DNA of 55,346 bases, filler included, from Sphacelaria rigidula (taxonomy: Eukaryota), in NCBI GenBank assembly GCA_964200075.2. It is 6 parts of 6 records of this genome, joined end to end, with 100 filler letters (N's around TTAATTAATTAA, not from the genome) between each part and the next. Parts side by side here need not be neighbours in the genome. Positions count along the whole stretch, not along the records: positions 46,207 to 55,346 come from CAXNAA020009202.1; 5 more parts are not named here. One strand, given 5' to 3'. This document shows positions 46,881 to 55,346 of the stretch, in pieces. The first letter of the stretch is position 1. The number at the start of each line of letters is the position of its first letter. Under the pieces are notes generated by a model. That model did not search any database, had not been told where the DNA came from, and was given only the letters and a program-made list of their open reading frames with translations. Made by a program: the position numbers and the translations under genes.

Positions 46881-48727
46881 TATAAATTTAAGTTTCGTGC
46901 CGTCGACGAGTGAATGATTGTTTTTGTCTAGAGTGGTGTTGAGTAAACACCAGGGGGAAGGATGTTGGAGAAAACCATCGAAGGCCTTAGGAAGCGATAG
47001 AGGAGGTACTATGCCGCTCCTGCCAAGAGAAAATGGTGTCGGGAGAGCAAGAGAATATCTTGAGGCTGAGGCAGGGGCCGTAGAGGATGTCGGAGTTGCG
47101 GAACCGTCGCACTCACGTTTGTTGGGGTCAAGAAGTTCTGACTCCAACCGCGCGAGTTTTGTTGCAGCTTCCCCATCTTTTACAACTATTTGCTGTCAGT
47201 CGCGCGCTCTGCTTTCCTTTCAGGCTGCTCTCAGAATCGATTTCCTTTCATCCAAGGCAAGATCTCTGTGCTTATACTACCTCCTTCGTTGTCACTCATC
47301 GTTTGCACAGTTTATCTGCTGTATCGTGGGTTGATCATTTCTGCGATGGCCAAGGGATGGTTGGTTTCAGGAATAATGCAGTAAGTGGAGGATGGGAGTC
47401 CCTCGACAGTCGACAGCGGAAATCTCGATTTTGGAGTGGGGTTCAAGGACCGAGGGTCTAGCCCATCACTAGATGTGCCTGATTGTTCGCACTGGGGACG
47501 TTGGTGGGCGAATAGCGCATCAAATCAATCCAAGTCAAACTTCTGGCATAGTCTCTCCAACAAACTTCTCCTGCAACAGACCCAGCACGCTCGCCTCAGC
47601 TCTGGTTGTCAGTCCTTTCTGAAGCACCAGTCACAAGAATCTACATCGTGGCTCTGCGTCGACAAGGCGAAATTACAGCACAAGAGGGGTAATTAACAAG
47701 CTTGCTGTCATCCCTTGAGAGATCGCCCAGATCAGTGGTACCGTACTACGGCAAGAACACTTGAAGAGAGGAGTTGAAGCGTTCCCCCGAGAGACCGGAC
47801 AGAGAATGCAGCAGTATTATCATATACAGTAGTTGCAGGACTACTGTAAAGTATGTGCAATATGATGGTGACTGTACAAGTAGTTGGTCTGCATTTCAAA
47901 TTTGCCATCCTAAGTACGATTTTACCATCAATCGTCCGCTAAAAGAGCTGTAAATGGTCCGAGAGCCACCCCATTTCTCCACTTAGTAAACACACGGTTG
48001 CTATAGTGGCATGTGCTCGCCTCTCAGAACGTTTTCTCATATTTGCTTCAATTGACCCGTCTTTACCTGCTGATCTATTTATCTCCTTTCCACTATTTTT
48101 TGTGCCACATTTGGTTCGTCGCTCATCCCCTCAGTCGTCTGCTGCATCACCCGAACTACGCAGAGATCACAACAGTAGTGCACGGAGAAGAGAAAACGAG
48201 GATAACTCACCTCCCTACCCTACGAGTTTCGAACGCCCAGTATAGTAATTGAAATTGAATAAATACGATGAAGTTATGGTAAACGTAGCTGAACAAAGAT
48301 CACGAATCACAAAGAATTTCTACACGGGGAGCCCTCTTCATTTGATCCTCGCTGCTGGTGGTGCAGTATCCAACCCCGCCGTCACCCCGCGGTGTTGCGC
48401 GCGGCTGCGCCCGCCTCTTGAAAATGATGGATACCATGTTTTTAGTGTTCACTTCGTCGATTATTTATCATCATTGATTCCTTACAAAAACAAAAGTGTT
48501 TGCCGTCTTCCTGTTTGACCCCGGCTGATGCGCGCTCATCAATATTAATACATCGCAAAAAGGTGTGACTGGCGTCCAAAATAGATGGGATGATAACACA
48601 GCAGCGAACATACCCCGCGTAGCATTGTTTCCAATACAGGCAGTAGTAGTGGACGGTGTGGTGCAGACTGTGGTACAGACAGTGCACTGTACGGGAGGTA
48701 CTGTGTACGCGTGTGCGAGACCACTGT

Positions 48728-49154
48728 TGCGCACGTCGGGCGAGTCATTACTAGTCGAAACGAGTGCACTCATGGATGTTTTTTGAAAACACAACGAGCA
48801 TAGCTCGTGTGCTCAAGTCCTTACTTTGTTAACAACGAGCAATGACTCGTGTACTCGAGTCATTACTTTTTTGCAACGAGCAATGACTCGAGTGCTCGCC
48901 ATATTAGCTTTTTTCCACAACAAGCAATGACTCGAGTGCTCGCCCTTCTAGCTTTTTTCCACAACGAGTAATGACTCGTGTGCTCGCCCTACAAGTTTTT
49001 TTCCACAACGAGCAATGGCTCGAGTGCTCGCCCTACTAGTTTGTTTCTACAACGAGCAATGACTCGAGTGCTCGCCCTATTACTTTTTTCCACAACGAGT
49101 AGCCCAACGAGTGCGAGTGCCACGAGTCACACTCGTGCTCGTCCGACGTGTGCA
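48728..49154. mobile_element. 427-bp TG..CA element with a 4-bp TSD (Ginger-like MITE) filled by a ~43-bp minisatellite
   Basis: TIRs tgcgcacgtcgggcgag / ctcgtccgacgtgtgca (15/17). TSD CTGT at 48724-48727 and 49155-49158. About 8 units of acaacgagcaatgactcgagtgctcgccc(tattacttttttcc). Confidence 0.75.
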
Positions 49155-51545
49155 CTGTTGCACTGCTGTCTTTAAATCAAGACACATGTACGTACTGTGT
49201 ATATATATTCCTGTACTCAAATACTCGGTTTTGTTCAATCATCGCCGCGTCTCTTCTCATCATGCCAAAACGATTGTTGTACGTTCACCGGAGAGGCGAA
49301 CCCCCTCCCGGCCACCCGCAAAATAAATGAAGGAAGGAGACAACGGCGAACACACTCCGACCTTGTAGTCGGCATGAATATAAAAGCAAGAGTCATGCGG
49401 TTTTGAATCTATATCCCTTCAAACAACGTGATTATTGTTTTGGTTAACTTTCCTTCCGTTTGCGTTTTTTGTCGAGCCTTTCTCCGCCGTTGTATGATCT
49501 CTTGACTTCTGCCGCTAGCTGGTGGTACTTGGCCTGTGAATGTGCGCGTGTGAGATGCGTTGTGGGTGTGTGTGCCGTGGCCTGCGCTATCTACCGGCTC
49601 TTTTGTGCGCGGGTGGGTTCGAAAATGGTGCCGGTTGGGACGGCGGGTCTATATTATTACTGGTTGAGAACTGGCGGGCAACCAATCGGAAGGACGAAAG
49701 AAAAATGAATCACGAAAAAAACTGAATCATTCTCATCATCACGGCGCGCTCATTTTTGTTCGGTTAACAGCACAGGCTCATACTTACGCATCAACTCAGA
49801 CCTCCCCTCTGATGTTTCCTCCCCAATCCTCTCTGTGCTAACTTTTCTCTTGCTTTTGTTGAGGACGGAGGGTTGGTCGGGAGACTCCTTTGAGGGGCCG
49901 ACTTTGACACCCCAGTTCTCCTCTGCGACGTGTACGATTCGAGCGCTCTTTTCGTGCTGTGTGCTTCGAACTGGAATTCAATCGGATGTAACCTCCTTTT
50001 TTTTCAGGGCACGCCCAACGATGGAAAAAAATATATATAACTTTTTATATAGCTCTTGACGGGAAGCGTTCATGAAAGCGGTCCAACCCCACAATGTGTC
50101 GGCGGTGTGTAGGTGTGTGCGGCGTCTGAAGAGTGGGGGCGTCACCTTAACGCACAATTTCCGCATGTCAAGGATGTAGACTAAAATCAAGTGCATCTAA
50201 GGAAACGAGCAGGGGGTCCATCGTCGGTAAAATGTTGTCGGAGAGCCCGGACACTCTTCGGAGGCCACCCCCCCCCCCCTCCCCCCACCCACACACCCAT
50301 TGGCATCCCTAACGGTGAGGCCTTCTTTCTTCTTTTATATTGGTTACGGTCAGCCGTGGGACTGAAATTTCTTACGATTCTATCTAATATCGATACGTTA
50401 TGATGGTTAGTGTCAGAACCATTGGTTTGTTTTTCGCTTTTTCTTCAAAACCTCCACGCACCCCAGACCGGCTGCGGGATACTTGACATTTGCGGCACTG
50501 CTACCACGTGCGTCAGCCGTGGCTTACCGCTAGTGATTAATGCAATGGAATAACCAAGACTGACACACATCAGCAACATCAGCAACATCAGCAAGTTCCA
50601 AGCGCAGGATCTAGATTGTCGTAACGGCCTCGTACCCATACTCACATCCGTTGTAGGGTTGGGTGCTGAACCAGCATGTATTGCCAGTTCTTAGAAACTG
50701 GCAAGTTTTCTAAAGTGGCTGAGAGGCTGCCAGTACCGCCAATACATTCCTATATTGCGTATGTTCCACATGACGCCTCACGAACCAACGGAAACCCAGC
50801 TGATTTCGCCGTGTTGGCGAGAGAGATAAATAGCACACACTTGCACACTAGCACAGAGAAGGAGAAGGGCGGGGGGCGGGGGGGGGGGGCGTATAGGAAC
50901 GATGAGTATCTTTGTGACTGCTAGCGGTACGCCCACTGCAGACCCCGGCGGTGGTCCTTCTCATACCGAGCTAGCTGCGTCAGCAGCGTCTGCGCTCCGC
51001 AGCATCAGCTGCTGCCCCTACTGCTACCCCTACTGCTACCCCTGCTGCTGACCACGATGACCACGACGACCACGACGACGTGGTGGTGGCAGTGCCCGCT
51101 TTTCCCCACACCTAGCTTTTGAAGCTTGTTTCGCTGTTCGGTAGTTGATCATCCGCATGGTAGCTCCCTGGTAGCTTCTTTTTCTTGGTTCAAGAGCGCT
51201 GTGCCTCGTTCTGTTTCTTAGTGCCTTTTTATCGTTGGCGCTGGTGGGATCTTGTCCCGTACCCTAGAGCGCTATGACCACGGGTTGGTGCTATGAAGGC
51301 TGCCTGATGGTTCAAAGGACTACTTTCTAATTTTATTTGCACGACTCAAGCGAGGGATTTTTTCGGAGAACATGAGTGCGTATGAATATAATATTGAATT
51401 TGTGATACTGAAGACAGGAAACAACTTCTCATGTATCGGTTCTGGAACTGAGTGGTATTGTGGCATTGCGGCATCCCATTCTTCACAATTTCCTCCGGTG
51501 GGCGGCAAATTTCTTGTGTCAGCAAAGAATTACCGTGGTACCTAG

Positions 51546-52760
51546 CTACGAGCTGGGCCAGCCTAAAAACGTTTTAAGCTCTAAAAACAATATCTCATCG
51601 ACACAGACGAGTTGGGTCGTGATCCGCATATCGTATTAATTGTCTAATCAAGGGGAAGGTGCCCATCTGCTCTAAAATCTAGTTCAATATTTTCTCGTGG
51701 CTTAAACCCCGTGTCTAGTAACTCCGATACCGTACGGAGATAGCGTCCACACTGAAATCTATTTGAAACCCCGAACGATACATTCAGTGGATAATGACAA
51801 TTTTGGTGTGGGCCTTCCCTGGAGCACGGGGAGACGACAAATACCCTCACATTGACCTAATTCTTAATCTATCTCGAGATATGGCGCACATAATTTTCGA
51901 TACTAAAATCAATATATCACGAGCAGAGGCCCTAGATGCCCCAAATCTGGATATCGCGCCTCAGTTTTCAAGAGTTGTGCTCTAAACTTTCGTATGGAGA
52001 ACCGCTAGTGCATAGTAACATGAACAAAACAGTTTTTCACCTTTTTTTCTTTCATTTTCTTTCATTTTTTTACGTGTTTTTAGTGGAGTTTTGAGGAGAA
52101 ATGAACATTGCTCTTAGGCCTTATCTCATTTTTTAGCTCAATTTTTCGAATTGTGGTTTGAAACTCGGCATGGAGAACCACGAAGACGTGTCGAATAAAA
52201 AAAAGGTGGACCTTCAATTACTTTTTTCATAAAGGTTCGGGCGTTCTCGTGTAAAAACGGTCTTTACTATACTAAAACGCCCTGAACCAGTGAAAAAAAT
52301 GAAAACAAACAACCTGATCCACTGAGTTTTGTTAATTATGCCTTAGCGAGGGCCCACACACAATATCAACACTCAATAACCAGACGTGGGCTGGTGAGTG
52401 GCCTGGGAAGTACCGTTCCGAATTGATACCCCCCCCCGGTTTTTAAAAGGCGAATGCGTCGGTAAATGTTTAGAGTTGGAGCGTCAAATTTGGTATGGAC
52501 AATGCATATGGCATAAAAAATATGTATTACGAGTGTACCAATTATTTTTGTCAAGATTTAAGGTGAATAATCAGTTTTCAGGTATCAGTAAAATGCCCTT
52601 AACTTATGGAAACAAGAAAAAAAACGAATGGTACACTTGTATTTTTTTTTTTCATTTCCTATGCATTGCCCATACCAAATTTTACGCTCCAACTCTAAAT
52701 ATTGCCCGACGCATTCGCCTGCAAACTTCAAATCTGCCTCTATGCTGGCCCAGCTCGTAG
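51546..52760. mobile_element. 1.2-kb non-autonomous TIR element with a ~9-bp TSD (Mutator-like)
   Basis: Perfect 17-bp TIRs ctacgagctgggccagc / gctggcccagctcgtag. Flanks tggtacctag / tggtaccag. Confidence 0.75.
52448..52720. repeat. Internal foldback inside the 1.2-kb TIR element
   Basis: aggcgaatgcgtcggtaaatgtttagagttggagcgtcaaatttggtatgg / ccataccaaattttacgctccaactctaaatattgcccgacgcattcgcct. Confidence 0.85.
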
Positions 52761-54588
52761 TGGTACCAGTTTCTGAGGGGTTGATGGGTGTCCTATTCGT
52801 TACTTTCCCCACAGTCATTGCCTCCCCATAGAATTCAAAATCACTAAAATATCATCGCCTAGTGAACATAGATCGCGTAAAAGAACGTCTCCGGCGGGGC
52901 GCCTCGGGTGAGACCTCCTCACCAGCCGGGGAGGAGCGGTGGTTGCGGCTTCGCCACAATCAGTGTTTTGATAGGATCCGGGATACAGGCTGCCAGCGGA
53001 GCCAGTACACCGGATCCTGAGTGGCGGCGCCAGCACCCAACCCTATCGACTTGAGATTATTCACGCAATCGGTAATATGGCCATCCACCCATGTACCTGA
53101 CCCCAGCTGCCCTGCATCTAAGCTCGACATCTGTGTGTGACTATCGCACGGAGCTGGATAGTGCCCAGAAGCTCTGGGTTGGCTCATCGCACACGCCTCC
53201 GTTCAAACAGTAAGTACGCACTCTGATGTGTCCTCTACTACCTTTAATCACCATAAGCATCGATAGAAACTCTACCTGCTCTTGAACGGAACGATGATTC
53301 CGCTAACAGACAGAAACGAACATGCTCGCCACACGTACTTTGCGGAGATTGGGGTGGCATTTGAAAATCCAGACGAGAAACCCATCAATTGCATCTGCAG
53401 TGTCTCACAGCCAAGCAATCGGACTCCACCTGCTCTCCTTCCTTTGACCACACCACAATCTGGTTGTTCTCGGAGGACATGTGTGATGCGGTATGGGACA
53501 AATGTGTATTTTACTGGTTGCTCTTGATGGTCGGGTCATATTTCGACTGAGGCCAACAAGACTGAACGACATGTGCAGGTATCGGGCATGTTTGCACCTA
53601 GCTATCATGTGCTGGCTGCCCATGGACGGACCAATGTTGCTAAAAAGGCCACGCAAAGCGCTGGAGCTGCCGCCAACACGACGAAATACAACTGGACGGG
53701 CTTCAGTCTGGAAAGCATCAGCGTCGGAACTGGTAGCTCCGCAAGTACACGACGGTGCGTTTTAAACCCCGTTTCGGAGGGTGTTTTCTGATTGGTTTCT
53801 TCTCGAGCAACATGCAACGTGTACATTTTGGAAAGATCGTCGTCTTGGGACTTAGTGCTTACGTTGAAGCGAAGTGTCGTCACGTCGGTCTCGATCTCCG
53901 TCAGGAAGCGGAAACAAAAGGACTGGCTACCAGTCAATTGTCTTCCCGCTCCAAGGGAAAGGGCCGCCGTACCGCTTTTACCACGAAAGCGTAATTCAGG
54001 GTTGGGCTTGAACCGGTGGATGGCAAGCTTCGACGTTGACCGATCCCGCTTCCATTCGCTGGCCGTGATGTGTGAACAGCGTCTGCGCAAGGTGAGCCGC
54101 AAGCCCTCGGTTCATGTCCGGGGCTACACTATCCTCGAATGTCGCTTCCTGAACTCAATCGTCGCCGTGAGCCGCAGACGTGTTGCACGTCTGATGCGGG
54201 ACCGTGATGCTGTCTGTTTATTAGGGCAGACAAAGTCCGGGTAGTTGTGTACAAATGTGGCCAGACGAGCACCTCGAGGTGGATATTGCAACAGCTGGAG
54301 TGGTATGAAGGTGTTGGATTGCCAACTCTTGTATATGGTACTGGGATGTCGTGCGCACATTCAACAGCCTGAGCAGTGTCCATGGATGATCCCCAAATTG
54401 GTAAACGGTCGGTAATCCGACGGGCTCTTCCAGAAATATGTGCACTCACCTGCTCCTAGACTCGTGTCTTGAGTGGAGAGTCGGTAATAATTCATCGGAA
54501 TATGATTGTGGTAAGTTGGCGAGTACTGCGTTGCGGTAGTCCCGCCCCTACAGAGATCAGCCCGCTCAATTGTCGTCTTTTGCTCTTG

Positions 54589-54822
54589 GAGTCGTCCTAC
54601 GGTAGGGGTGCTCAAAGTACTTTCAAGGTTTGACTTATCAGGAGTCCATTATCTCGTCCAAAAAACTACATATGAAATGTGTGAGAGGACGCCATTAGAA
54701 TTCCAATGGGATACGGATATCTCGAATGAACTGTAGCTGGCCTGTGACCACGGAAGGCGTCCGCATAAATGCTCAGTACGAATGTACCGCGCAGATATCG
54801 GAACGGTTTTTCATGTGAAAGC

Positions 54823-54856
<34 letters not shown>

Positions 54857-54966
54857 TTATCAAAGGGAATGCCCTGACCCATATTTTTGTCCAGCCTCTA
54901 ACTTTAGAAGCCCCTCAATGAGGACGATCTGGGCCCAAATGTGCAACCCCTACCGTGGCATGACTC
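54589..54966. mobile_element. Sola-like MITE containing a nested retroposon
   Basis: TIRs gagtcgtcctacggtaggggtgc / gcaacccctaccgtggcatgactc. The TSD is imperfect. Confidence 0.7.
54654..54854 (+). mobile_element. ~200-bp retroposon (SINE or 5'-truncated LINE) with a (CAA)n tail
   Basis: (CAA)~11 tail and an exact 7-bp TSD, CATTATC (54647-54653 and 54855-54861). Confidence 0.75.
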
Positions 54967-55346
54967 CCTTCTCCTGTCTTCTCGTAGGCTCTGGCCTCGG
55001 TCCTCGTCTGCTTTAATGTTGTAGTACTCTAGGATCAGTATATGCTGCAACAGTCCTCGGTAAACGATGTGTGATCAATATTACCTCAAGACGTCCTTTT
55101 GTTCTGCTGTGGGTTCATTAGCAGGTGTTGTGAGCAGGCTCGTCGCCTTACGTGTGCAGTTGGTACTGTCAGTTCGACCAAGGCCTGAATGTCGCGGTGG
55201 TGTACACTTACACGATGGGGAAGTGTGAATGTTTCTTTGCCTAATGCTTAGGTTCACACCAATAACGAACACGTCCTGGACTGATCCTACGATGGGGGGG
55301 CACGGGGGGGGGGGTGTACTCATGATCTTGCATGCCAAGATGGGAA

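Larger units (their letters stand above)
51320..54588 (-). pseudogene. Relic gene(s) with a SWIM zinc finger and an Ulp1/C48-protease-like domain (MULE- or Zisupton-type transposon cargo)
   Basis: RFNVSTK..MYTLHVARE / APSCTCG (53741-53749)...RCKHARYL (53588-53596). Then LGSGTWVDGHITDCVNNL, DILVILNSMGRQ*LWG and, beyond the insertion, VPEP..PVFSITNS. Many stops and frameshifts. Confidence 0.45.

Noticed and set aside
48790..49100. CRISPR-like array of palindromic repeats
   Set aside because: The inter-repeat segments are ~14 nt and homologous rather than unique. There are no cas genes, the context is eukaryotic, and the array is bounded by TIRs and a TSD.

Overview
This is eukaryotic, repeat-rich DNA, most consistent with a brown alga or other stramenopile (inferred from the intron style and the transposon repertoire). 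It is not one locus: six ~9.14-kb fragments (1-9142, 9243-18384, 18485-27625, 27726-36866, 36967-46106, 46207-55346) are joined by identical artificial N44-TTAATTAATTAA-N44 linkers. Several repeat families are shared between fragments, which points to one genome. Host genes: a terminal exon of an unknown gene, two exons of the GINS subunit Psf3, and an apparently complete 3-exon gene for a ~357-aa protein with a signal peptide, Cys/Trp repeats and three TM helices. Most of the rest is decayed mobile DNA: three Ty1/copia elements, one Ty3/gypsy element, a SWIM + Ulp1-like transposon relic, many MITEs with readable TIRs/TSDs (Sola-, hAT-, CACTA-, PIF/Harbinger-, Ginger- and Mutator-like), SINE-like inserts and long foldbacks. 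The best leads are the Cys-repeat membrane protein and the perfect CA..TCGA..TG palindromes at the expected primer-binding-site position of two related copia elements. I see no CRISPR array, tRNA/rRNA gene or prokaryotic system.
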